From Verrucomicrobiales bacterium (GTDB lineage: Bacteria > Verrucomicrobiota > Verrucomicrobiia > Verrucomicrobiales > SLCJ01), in assembly GCA_046075565.1 (NCBI GenBank), contig JBJTQJ010000014.1, positions 1-64,000 of the forward strand: a stretch of DNA of 64,000 nucleotides, read 5' to 3'. Below are positions 37,112 to 45,497 of the stretch, in pieces. The position numbers and the translations under genes are program-made. Numbering within the stretch: position 1 is the first letter of the stretch; the number at the start of each line of letters is the position of its first letter. The notes beneath the pieces are model-generated. The model was not told the DNA's origin, searched no databases, and saw nothing but the letters and a program-made list of their open reading frames with translations.

Positions 37112-38707
37112 GTGCAAAAAACCCTGGAAATCGTTCTTTGTCCTGAATTAGCGGATCAATCTCCGGCCCAACGAGCCGCTGCGGCCAAGGTGCTGGGCCT
37201 CCCGGAGGCGCGCTTGACCGGGGTGCGGCTGCGGAAAAAATCCATCGACGCCCGCCACCGTCCCGTGCGCATGCGCCTGCAAATCGAGGCCTGGTGGGAC
37301 GAATCGCCACCGGGAGAACCTCCACCCGTGGCCGATCACACGCGCTACCCAGAGGTTCCGTCGGCCGCGCCCGTGGTCCTCATCATCGGCTGCGGCCCAG
37401 CCGGAATGTTTGCGGCTCTCGAATGCCTTCGCCTCGGTCTCAAACCGGTCATTCTCGAACGCGGCAAGGACGCGTCGGCCCGTCGATACGACCTGCGCCC
37501 CGCGCTCATGGAAGGCAGGATCATCGAGGAATCGAATTATTGCTTCGGTGAAGGCGGAGCTGGGACCTATTCCGATGGCAAACTTTACACCCGCGCGACC
37601 AAACGCGGAAATGTATACGATGTCTATGAAACCTTCGTCGCCCATGGAGCATCGCCAGAGATCCTCACCGACGCCCACCCGCACATTGGTTCGAATCGCC
37701 TGCCGAATGTCGTCAAAGCCATGCGCGCCACCATCATCGATCGCGGTGGTGAGGTTCATTTCCAAACCAAGGTGACCTCCTTGCTCGTGGAGGGCTCCGG
37801 CGCGGGCCGCCGCATCCTCGGCGCACGCACCGCCGACGGACGGGAATGGCTCGCTGATGCAGTCATTCTCGCCACCGGCCACTCCGCCCGCGATATTTAT
37901 GCCTTGCTCGCCGACGAAGGTATCCGCATGGAAGCGAAACCATTCGCCGTGGGCGTGCGCATCGAGCACCCCCAGGGATTGATTGATCGCGTGCAATACC
38001 ACCTTCGCCCGGAAGAATCACGCCCATGGCATCTGCCGGCCGCCCGTTACAATCTCGCCTGCGAAATCGAAGGCCGGGGCGTGCATTCCTTCTGCATGTG
38101 CCCGGGCGGCTTCATCGTGCCCGCCGCCACCTGCAACGACGAGGTCGTGGTCAATGGCATGTCGCTGGCCAAACGTGATTCGCCCTTCGCCAACAGCGGA
38201 CTCGTCGTGACCGTGCAACCGGAAGACACCCTTGCCTTCGAAGCCGAACACGGCATCCTCGCCGGCATCGCCTTCCAGAAATGGCTCGAACGGCGGGCCA
38301 AGGAAGCCGGAGGCGGCGGACAAACCGCGCCCGCCCAACTCACGGGGGACTTTCTAACAGGACGCATCTCATCCGAAACCCTGTCCACCTCATACAAACC
38401 CGGCCTCAACTCCGCTCCGATACACGAGCTGCTTCCGGAAGGGATCGTGACACGCATGAGGGAAGGACTGAAACGCTTCGGACGCTCGATGCGCGGATTC
38501 ACCGGGCCGCAAAGCCAGATGATCGGATTCGAGACCCGGACTTCATCACCGCTGCGGATTCCGCGGGACAGTGCAACCCTCGAACACCCCGAAGTCCGTG
38601 GACTCTTCCCAACTGGGGAAGGCGCCGGTTTCGCCGGCGGCATCGTCTCCGCCGCCCTCGATGGCATGCGTGTGGCCAAGGCTGTGGATGCGGTTGTGCG
38701 GAGATGA
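37112..38707 (+). CDS. Uncharacterised NAD(P)/FAD-dependent oxidoreductase
   Basis: GCGPAG, FGEGGAGTYSDGKL, FCMCPGG and GEGAGFAGGIVSAA; start reassigned to GTG 37112. Confidence 0.9.
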   Translation: MQKTLEIVLCPELADQSPAQRAAAAKVLGLPEARLTGVRLRKKSIDARHRPVRMRLQIEAWWDESPPGEPPPVADHTRYPEVPSAAPVVLIIGCGPAGMFAALECLRLGLKPVILERGKDASARRYDLRPALMEGRIIEESNYCFGEGGAGTYSDGKLYTRATKRGNVYDVYETFVAHGASPEILTDAHPHIGSNRLPNVVKAMRATIIDRGGEVHFQTKVTSLLVEGSGAGRRILGARTADGREWLADAVILATGHSARDIYALLADEGIRMEAKPFAVGVRIEHPQGLIDRVQYHLRPEESRPWHLPAARYNLACEIEGRGVHSFCMCPGGFIVPAATCNDEVVVNGMSLAKRDSPFANSGLVVTVQPEDTLAFEAEHGILAGIAFQKWLERRAKEAGGGGQTAPAQLTGDFLTGRISSETLSTSYKPGLNSAPIHELLPEGIVTRMREGLKRFGRSMRGFTGPQSQMIGFETRTSSPLRIPRDSATLEHPEVRGLFPTGEGAGFAGGIVSAALDGMRVAKAVDAVVRR

Positions 38708-38847
38708 TAGTGACCTATACTTCCTCAACGACTATCACTGCAGTGTCGAAACGTTCCATCATCGAGGGTATTGTTGAAGACGTGAAAAAATCATTGCCCC
38801 CTCCTGTCACCCCCAAAAAGGACTGACGATTGGGCTTCTCCTTCATG

Positions 38848-39062
38848 AACCCTGAAGGGGTTTAGCACCAAAGCCCGGGGTTGGGCCGAAGGGCCTACCC
38901 CGGGATAGTTTCAAATCATGAGAGTCGAACCCTGCAAGGGTTCTGTCCCCCGCTTGACACGACAAAACCCTTACAGGGTTTGGCAAATTCCCTTCTCCGA
39001 TCCCCGGGGTAGCCCGGCCAGCCGCGCAACCCCGGGCTTCGGGACACAATCCCGTTGGGATT
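38848..39062. repeat. About 215-bp foldback element of nested inverted repeats (REP-cluster/MITE-like)
   Basis: aaccctgaaggggtt / agcccggggttg / ctaccccggg / aaccctgcaagggtt is mirrored by aacccttacagggtt / cccggggtag / caaccccgggct / aatcccgttgggatt. Confidence 0.8.
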
Positions 39063-39167
39063 GAACCGGAAATCCGAAGATGTATACGCTCAAACCTGTC
39101 TCACCGCATTTCCATCAAGGTCAGGATGTCTTTGCCTTGCCTTTACAGTAGACTTCTTCCATCGCTA

Positions 39168-40541
39168 CTACGGCTTCCCGAAGTTGGCGAGATTATCGCG
39201 GAGGGCTTGATCAGCGGTCGCACGCCAAGCGACGGATTCTTCCGCCTTCACGCGGTTCACTCCGGTGAATTTGGCGGGCTCGAAGCCCTGCGCCGACTGG
39301 CGGACGGCTGCAGCCGCGCTGGTGAGGGTGCTGATGGCCTTTCTCCTCACATCCTGTTCATTGGGTTTGATCTTCTTGGTGCTCGCATCCTCTGCCGCAT
39401 TGAAACCCAGCAACTCCGCCACCGCCGGGAACTTCTTGTGGTCCTCGAGAACCTGCATCGGAGATCCTCCGTTGCCCGCGAGGCCTTCGAACTGGATCTG
39501 GCCAGCGGCATATCGCGCGCAGGCGAGCGCCGAGGCCACGCGTGTCATCGCATCATACTCGGCGATCATCCTACCCTCCGTCAGATAAGCGGCCACTCCC
39601 ACTGTCTTCCAATCCATTTCCCCGAGCGGACGCAGGAAGGCGCTGTTCATCGCCGAAAAACCGCTCACACCCCGTTGGAACAACTCGCCGCGTTTGGCAG
39701 CGGGCAAAGCGATGATGCCTAACAAACCGGCATCATTTGCATCAAACACCGCCGCGCCTCCGACCGGCGATCCCGAGCCGACAATCAGAACCGGTTGCCC
39801 TGCCGCCGGCGGCGTCCCCTGGACCGCGGAACTCCACGGGTCTCCTTCGCCAAGAACGATCAGTCCCATATTCTCACGCAAGGTGCGGTCGGCGGGAACC
39901 CACTCGAGTGCGGTGAACCCCTCGGCTTCCTGCACTTCCAAGCGGGCGACATCCGCCGCGCCCGCGACTTGCAATTGCCCGAAGCGCGTGAGTTTGTTGC
40001 CATTCGCGGCGGTGATGGTGAGCTTCTGATGCCCACCGAACACATGCGCAGCCGTGTAAAGCCAGAGTTTGTCCCCTTCGCGCACGAGAACACCGAATCC
40101 CTTGCCGCCTTCGCCCTCGATCACCACCAGCGATTCGCGTTTCTTCGTCGCCTCGGCACGCATGTCGGCGGGAGCCTGTCCGTCGTTGGTGGGCATGGAA
40201 ATACCCGCCCGGGAAAGGAGCGATTTGGCCGAGGCCAATTCCCGATCCAACTGGTAGGCCTTCTCCATTTGCTGACGCGTGTTCTCGCGTTCCTGTTCCA
40301 TCTGTTTGATCAGGTTTTCTTGATCCTCGCGGGACGCCTTCTCGATGGCGGTCATTTGCTCTTGGAGTTGCTTCTCGCGCACCAGGGCGGATTCCTGGGC
40401 GATGCGAATATCCGCTTCCAGACGGACACGCTCGGCCTCCCAGGCCTCCCGCTCGGCGTCCAAGGATCCATCCTTGCATCCGGTGGGCAATAGAATCAGG
40501 GCAGGCACAAGACAGGCAATGGCACGGAATCTCGTTTTCAT
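39168..40541 (-). CDS. Lipoprotein with a coiled coil and a trypsin-like (S1) domain
   Basis: Lipobox LLPTGC, coiled coil, GKGFGV, TAAHV and DVARL; the Ser motif is atypical. Confidence 0.7.
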   Translation of the reverse strand: MKTRFRAIACLVPALILLPTGCKDGSLDAEREAWEAERVRLEADIRIAQESALVREKQLQEQMTAIEKASREDQENLIKQMEQERENTRQQMEKAYQLDRELASAKSLLSRAGISMPTNDGQAPADMRAEATKKRESLVVIEGEGGKGFGVLVREGDKLWLYTAAHVFGGHQKLTITAANGNKLTRFGQLQVAGAADVARLEVQEAEGFTALEWVPADRTLRENMGLIVLGEGDPWSSAVQGTPPAAGQPVLIVGSGSPVGGAAVFDANDAGLLGIIALPAAKRGELFQRGVSGFSAMNSAFLRPLGEMDWKTVGVAAYLTEGRMIAEYDAMTRVASALACARYAAGQIQFEGLAGNGGSPMQVLEDHKKFPAVAELLGFNAAEDASTKKIKPNEQDVRRKAISTLTSAAAAVRQSAQGFEPAKFTGVNRVKAEESVAWRATADQALRDNLANFGKP

Positions 40542-40744
40542 AAAGGAAATAAGCTACCCTTCATGGGAGAACATTTCCGGCCTCCAGACAAGGAAAATTT
40601 CACGGAAATCGGGGACCGGAATCCCCGATTGTCGCCCGCGAAAACAACGGAATTCCCACCCCTTAGCCGGGAAAGACACCGAAATCCCTCGCGACGGCAG
40701 CTTTTCTTTGCCCGAAAGGCGGATCTGGGTATGGTCTACACCCC

Positions 40745-41359
40745 ATGGCACTCGAGAAAATTTCTTCCGTAACCGGCACCGGTGTCTTCATTCCGGGGGC
40801 CGACATCGATACCGACCGCATTATCCCGGCCCGCTTCATGAAGTGCGTGACCTTCGACGGGCTCGGCGAATACGCGTTCTATGACGCGCGTTTCGACACG
40901 GATGGAAAACCAACCGAGCATCCCTTGAACGACCCACGCCACGAGGGCGCCTCCGTGCTGGTGGCCGGCCTCAATTTCGGATGCGGTTCCTCCCGTGAAC
41001 ATGCCCCGCAAGCCCTCTATCGTTATGGCTTCCGCGCCGTAATCGCCCAGTCCTTCGCCGAGATTTTCTTCGGCAACTGCACCACTCTCGGCATCCCCTG
41101 CGTGATCGCCGACGAAAAAACCGTCGAGGCCCTGCGCGCCGCCATCGCGACCGACCCCAAAGTCGAAATCACGGTTGATGTAGCCGCCCGCGAGGTTCGC
41201 GTAGGGGATCAGAAGTTGCCGGTCACGGTCACCGATTCGGCCCGCGAAGCCCTTTTGGCCGGAAAATGGGATCCCATCGGCGATTTGCTCGAAGGCGCGA
41301 CGGATGTCAATCGCACGGCTTCGGCGCTGCCCTACATGAGCTTCACGCCGGGCTCCTGA
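40745..41359 (+). CDS. leuD: 3-isopropylmalate dehydratase small subunit
   Basis: DIDTDRIIPARFM, NFGCGSSREHAP and SFAEIFFGN. Confidence 0.96.
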   Translation: MALEKISSVTGTGVFIPGADIDTDRIIPARFMKCVTFDGLGEYAFYDARFDTDGKPTEHPLNDPRHEGASVLVAGLNFGCGSSREHAPQALYRYGFRAVIAQSFAEIFFGNCTTLGIPCVIADEKTVEALRAAIATDPKVEITVDVAAREVRVGDQKLPVTVTDSAREALLAGKWDPIGDLLEGATDVNRTASALPYMSFTPGS

Positions 41360-41383
41360 ATCTCTCCCCCGCCCCGCTTTTCC

Positions 41384-41998
41384 ATGGCTTGCGACCTCCG
41401 CCACGAGTTGGAGCTGGCCCGGGAAACCGGTGCTCCAGTTTGTGGTATCGACGAAGCCGGGCGTGGGCCATTGGCTGGCCCGCTCACTGTGGCGGCGGTG
41501 ATTTTACCGGAAGGTTTTTCGCTCCCCGGATTGGATGATTCGAAGAAACTTACCGCCCGGCGCCGGGATGTCTGCCATGCGGCCTTGATGGCCAACTCGG
41601 AAGTCCGCTGGCACTGCGAGGTCATCGAAACGGAGGAAATCGATCGTCTCAATATCCTCGGGGCCACCCGCGCGGGCATGCGCCGGGTCGCTCTCGCCGT
41701 CGGAGCTGCCGCCGCGCTCATTGATGGATTGCCCGTGCCGGATTTCCCCATCCCCCAGCGCGCCCTCGTTGGGGGCGACGGGCTTTCGCTTTCCATCGCG
41801 GCCGCCAGTGTCATCGCCAAAGTGACCCGCGACCGCATCATGATGGAAATGGATCGGCTTTATCCGCAATATGGCTTTGCAAAACACAAGGGATATGGCA
41901 CAAAGGAGCATCTCCGCGCATTGCAAACCCATGGGCATACTCCGATCCATCGCCGCTCGTTTGCACCCGTTGCTCAGGCGACCCTGGGCCTCGGATGA
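41384..41998 (+). CDS. rnhB: Ribonuclease HII
   Basis: GIDEAGRGPLAGP, DSKKL, IAAASVIAKVTRD and HKGYGT. Confidence 0.96.
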   Translation: MACDLRHELELARETGAPVCGIDEAGRGPLAGPLTVAAVILPEGFSLPGLDDSKKLTARRRDVCHAALMANSEVRWHCEVIETEEIDRLNILGATRAGMRRVALAVGAAAALIDGLPVPDFPIPQRALVGGDGLSLSIAAASVIAKVTRDRIMMEMDRLYPQYGFAKHKGYGTKEHLRALQTHGHTPIHRRSFAPVAQATLGLG

Positions 41999-42368
41999 TC
42001 TCGGACGTGGGGAAATCGGGCGCATCGGTGAGCGTATCGCCGCGCTCACCCTCACCGCCCGTGGATACAAGATCCTGTGGCGGAATTTCAAATCCAGCCA
42101 CGATGGCGAAGTCGATATCGTGAGCCGCCATCGCGACACTCTCGTTTTTTCCGAAGTAAAGACCCGCACCGGCGACTCGCACGGTCGCCCTTCGGAAGCC
42201 GTCACCCCCGCCAAACAACACCTCATCCTCCGCGGAGCCCGAGAGTGGCTCTCCCGCCTGCCGGATCCCGATAACGTGCCCACCCGCATGGACGTGATCG
42301 AAGTCATCCTCACCCCCGGAAAAAAGCCGGAAGTGACGATCATCGAGGATGCTTTCGGGGATGAGTGA
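41931..42368 (+). CDS. yraN: YraN family protein
   Basis: GERIAA...GYKIL.RNF...GEVDIV...FSEVKTR; start uncertain (41931, 41961 or 41970), overlapping the end of rnhB. Confidence 0.88.
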   Translation: MGILRSIAARLHPLLRRPWASDDLGRGEIGRIGERIAALTLTARGYKILWRNFKSSHDGEVDIVSRHRDTLVFSEVKTRTGDSHGRPSEAVTPAKQHLILRGAREWLSRLPDPDNVPTRMDVIEVILTPGKKPEVTIIEDAFGDE

Positions 42369-42482
42369 AAAACTATATTCTGCAAGCCCTCGGGCGAGTG
42401 GAGCAAAATCAGTGCGAAAACGCCACGCATGAACGATCAGACGGCGCGTTCGCAAATCCTCCAACTTCGGACTCCACGCTTC

Positions 42483-42932
42483 TCATGATGCTCTAGATTC
42501 CGGTATCCAGTGCTCGAAGTTCAACCCTTGCTGCTCGAATTTGAAGAAATCATTATCCCGGGAGACCCAAGTGCAGGCATGCTCGATGGCCACCGCCGCA
42601 TGTTGGGCATCGGCGATGCTTTTGCCCGTGGCCCCGGTTGACCGACAGAGGCGGGAAACCAATTCCCAGTGCCGCTTGCCGGGAAGCAGCCAATGGCCAT
42701 TCGCCTCGTTCATCATGGCATCAATAACCGCCAAAGCCTGGGGAAGCGGTGTGGGGCCATTGGGAAAACGCGGGTTGGTGACAATCCTCACGAATCCCCC
42801 GGCCACCAAAGGCGAAAGCCCGAAGGCGTGCTTCCCAAGGATCGTCCCCTGCAATCGAGCCCGATAGTAAGCATGGTCCAACTGGTCTTCCCGATGGGCA
42901 TAAACCAGGATATTCACATCGAAGGCAATCAT
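42483..42932 (-). CDS. vapC: VapC PIN-domain ribonuclease toxin
   Basis: MIAFDVNILVYA, FVRIVTNPR, DAQHAAVAIE and SRDNDF. Confidence 0.92.
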   Translation of the reverse strand: MIAFDVNILVYAHREDQLDHAYYRARLQGTILGKHAFGLSPLVAGGFVRIVTNPRFPNGPTPLPQALAVIDAMMNEANGHWLLPGKRHWELVSRLCRSTGATGKSIADAQHAAVAIEHACTWVSRDNDFFKFEQQGLNFEHWIPESRAS

Positions 42933-43183
42933 GGGCGATACTCGTGTAGTTCTTCTGCCACCATGAGTTCAGCCATTTCTTGCGGACTCGTATCCACCCG
43001 ATTTGCCCGCTCCGGAGCAAAAGTTGGCATTTGGAAAGGCGCATCCGAGGCGGGCAACAACGGTTCACGGAACGCGGTAAGAAGAGCGTCATTCACCACA
43101 GCACTGATACTAGTGTTGCGCTCGGCTGCCCGCTTCTTTGCCTCAAGAAACAAAGCGTCATTGACAATGAGGGTAGTTCTCAT
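42929..43183 (-). CDS. vapB: VapB antitoxin (ribbon-helix-helix)
   Basis: MRTTLIVNDALFLEAKKRAAERNTSISAVVNDAL; 4-bp overlap with vapC. Confidence 0.9.
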   Translation of the reverse strand: MRTTLIVNDALFLEAKKRAAERNTSISAVVNDALLTAFREPLLPASDAPFQMPTFAPERANRVDTSPQEMAELMVAEELHEYRP

Positions 43184-43191
43184 GATTACGC

Positions 43192-43219
43192 ATCATACGT
43201 ATGCACGCTTAATTTTCAA
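43192..43219 (-). promoter_or_regulatory. vapBC promoter with a palindromic operator
   Basis: Minus strand TTGAAA-N16-TATGAT; palindrome CATACGTATG (43194-43203) overlaps the -10 box. Confidence 0.65.
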
Positions 43220-43486
43220 GGATAATTTTCGTTAATCGCCCCTTTGGGGATGCGTTCACCCAGTGCCTGCTTCCCGGCCAGAACGCAATGATCGCTTGCC
43301 TGCGCTGCCACGCACCCCGGCCTCTTGGAAGATTTGGCGCCTGCCTGTTGAATGCTTTGGGAAGTTGATCTTGTGCAGTCGATCAAGGAGATGCTATTCT
43401 CAACCTCGTGGTCGGCTCACCCTGCCACACATTCCCATGGCCCGATGCCCATCCCGCATCGTTCACAAACCACACCCCACCACCCA

Positions 43487-43831
43487 ATGAATATTCCGGA
43501 ATCTGATTGGCGTCGTTTCAAGGAAGTGCATGGAATCCTCATTCAGCGATATTGCTCACAAGTCTTGGAAGAGCTTCTCGAAGTGGCTCAAGGAACGGAT
43601 CAGAGCCCGCACGACCGTTATTTGAAGATCTTTGGCATGATTCGGGATCGTGACAAAGAATTGGGCCGTGTCTTCGATGATTTCCGCCGTTCAACTGCGG
43701 TGTCCCAGTTGGGGCTCATGCGATCCATGGGGCTTCTAGCCGATGAAGAACTGGCTTCATTTTCCGAGGAGACTCGGCAGCAAGTGGACAGTTACGCCGT
43801 CATGGCTTCACGGCTTGGGGAACCGGACTGA
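43487..43831 (+). CDS. Small helical hypothetical protein
   Basis: MNIPESDWRRFKEVH...RYC...FDDFRRSTAV; protein-like ORF, start reassigned to ATG 43487. Confidence 0.7.
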   Translation: MNIPESDWRRFKEVHGILIQRYCSQVLEELLEVAQGTDQSPHDRYLKIFGMIRDRDKELGRVFDDFRRSTAVSQLGLMRSMGLLADEELASFSEETRQQVDSYAVMASRLGEPD

Positions 43832-43877
43832 CATGGCAAAACCTAACTCCGATTCTGTCGGGGCTACCCCTTGATCC

Positions 43878-43953
43878 GTAGCGGCACGTCTTCCCGTGCC
43901 GAGTGAGCGACGCTCCACCCCCAGAAAGCGCCGTCGCTGCCGGCGCACTCCAA
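43878..43953. repeat. REP-like palindromes
   Basis: gtag+cggcacg-tcttcc-cgtgccg hairpin, and aaagcgccgtcgctgccggcgcactccaa. Confidence 0.55.
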
Positions 43954-43998
43954 CACAGGGGCTAAGATTGGACACCGCACTCGACAGGTAGCTCTTGA

Positions 43999-44383
43999 TC
44001 ACGAACCGGCCTCGTCACCCCAAGAGCTGGGAAGAATCCCAGCAGTCCAAAAGCCTGCGGCGCTCTCGCGCATCAGCGCCGCAGGCTCTGGACTGTCACC
44101 GTAGATAGTGCAGTAGCCGACAGCCTCCAGCCCGGCAAACGCCATCCCCCTAGCGTCGCCAATCGCTTCCCCCTCATCAAAGTCATCCGGAGCGACAAAT
44201 CCCCCCAAAGCCGACAACCTCGCCACCGCTTGCCAGGCGTGAGCCCGGTCCTCGGACTTTTCCCAACAGCGCAAAAAAGTCTTGCGCCAAAGCGTCGTGC
44301 GGACAGGATTCTTCCAAGGCCGCTCGAACGAGCCCCGCCTCGGCAAGGACGGAGTCTGCCCTTCCGGGTCGCTTTTTCCCCAT
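43999..44383 (-). pseudogene. Possible frameshifted gene relic, divergent from the cassette (possibly an integrase N-terminus)
   Basis: MGKKRPG...LAQ joins TFLRCWEKSEDRAHAWQAVARLSAL in another frame; no catalytic tyrosine-recombinase motifs seen. Confidence 0.25.
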
Positions 44384-44458
44384 AACAACGACCGGTCGCT
44401 CAATAAAACTGTTAGCGGAAAAAACAAGCCCTCTCATTCGCGCAATCGCACAGATTCC

Positions 44459-45282
44459 ATGAAAAACTTCTACTACGTTGACGCCACCCAGGAAGTCCAG
44501 GGGCCTTTGCCGCTTGAAGAACTTGACGCGCTCCATAGGTGCGGAAAGATAACTGCTATGACCCAGGTATGCTTGGAAGGAACAGAGGTTTGGACGCCAT
44601 TTTAACAACTTCCCCGACCTTCGGCCCCAAAGGAAGAGCCAAGAAAAGCAGAAGCACCCGCTACTTCTTTTGGACTCTGGTAAATTGCCCTGCCTGCGGC
44701 AAATCCGTTTCTAGGAACGCGCCATCGTGTATCGGTTGCGGAGAGCCGCTAAAAACGCCAGAAGAGATTCTCGCCTCAGGCCATGCAAAAGCAATAAAGC
44801 CGGACGAGACTATCGGAATTCTTCTTTTAGTTTTGCCCACGGTTTCGGCTCTCCTGATAGTTTTCTGGATTGGTAGCATGAATTTACTTCAAAATCCGGG
44901 ATCGACTCTTGCGTTCATTGTGATTGCCACAGTGATTGCGTGTGGGCTTTTAGTTGGATTTGAGGCCAACCAACTCGGGGTTGGCAGCGACACAGATATC
45001 GACGATAAAGGAAGCAAGAAGACAGGACCTGTTGGCTGGGCCGTATTCACGATGCTTATGTGGGTTATTGGATATCCGGCTTACATGGGGCATCGCTCAA
45101 AATATGGGGCGAACGATTTATTATTTGGTGCCATCTTGACCACTTTCCTTTTCATAAGCGCAATCTTTTATATCAATTATGCCATCGAGGAAAAGAAGGC
45201 ACAGGTTAGGGCGGGTGTTCGTGAAGTTCAGAAAGAGCTAGACGATTTGGAGAGAAGTTTCCGCTACAACAGCAACCGCTAA
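44459..45282 (+). pseudogene. Disrupted GYF_2 (DUF4339) + zinc-ribbon + four-TM membrane protein
   Basis: MKNFYYV...QGPLPLEEL...TQVCLEGTEVWTPF stops at 44603-44605; CPACGKSVSRNAPSCIGCG and the TM helices continue in the -1 frame. Confidence 0.7.
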
Positions 45283-45363
45283 CAAGCCGTGCGTGGCAAC
45301 CGGCGATAGCGCCCCTGGTTGAATTTGGAGCTTGCCCCGCCGGTGCCACCACTCTACATTGGT
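45276..45363 (+). other. attC recombination site (R' degenerate)
   Basis: R'' CCGCTAAC, 5-nt spacer AAGCC, then GTGCGTGGCAACCGGCG pairing with CGCCGGTGCCACCAC with an unpaired C and A, 5-nt spacer TCTAC, and R' ATT in place of GTT. Confidence 0.8.
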
Positions 45364-45497
45364 TTTTGAAGGTTGATTTGATAGCGATGCGTTGTGCTGC
45401 CAGTTCAAAAATCAAAAATCCGCACTCGTCACTCGTCAATCACGGGGTTTCCCGATAACTTTCAATCTGCCTGACGGACCACACTAGCCCGCGCCGC

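Larger units (their letters stand above)
44411..45363 (+). mobile_element. Integron-type gene cassette (solitary, no intact integrase nearby)
   Basis: 5' core GTTAGCGG (44411-44418) is the exact reverse complement of R'' CCGCTAAC (45276-45283). The interval holds one AT-richer gene and ends in an attC. Confidence 0.8.

Noticed and set aside
38704-38826. 40-codon ORF MIVTYTSS...PKKD after the oxidoreductase, with a tgatagt/actatca inverted repeat
   Set aside because: Too short and without a motif; it may be a gene fragment but cannot be supported.
43841-43875. ACCTAAC after the 43487-43831 gene as a second attC R'' box
   Set aside because: No L''/L' stem or matching R' box could be found downstream.
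44597-44606. Programmed -1 ribosomal frameshift at CCA TTT TAA
   Set aside because: There is no canonical X XXY YYZ heptamer or clear stimulatory structure, and decay of the cassette explains the break more simply.
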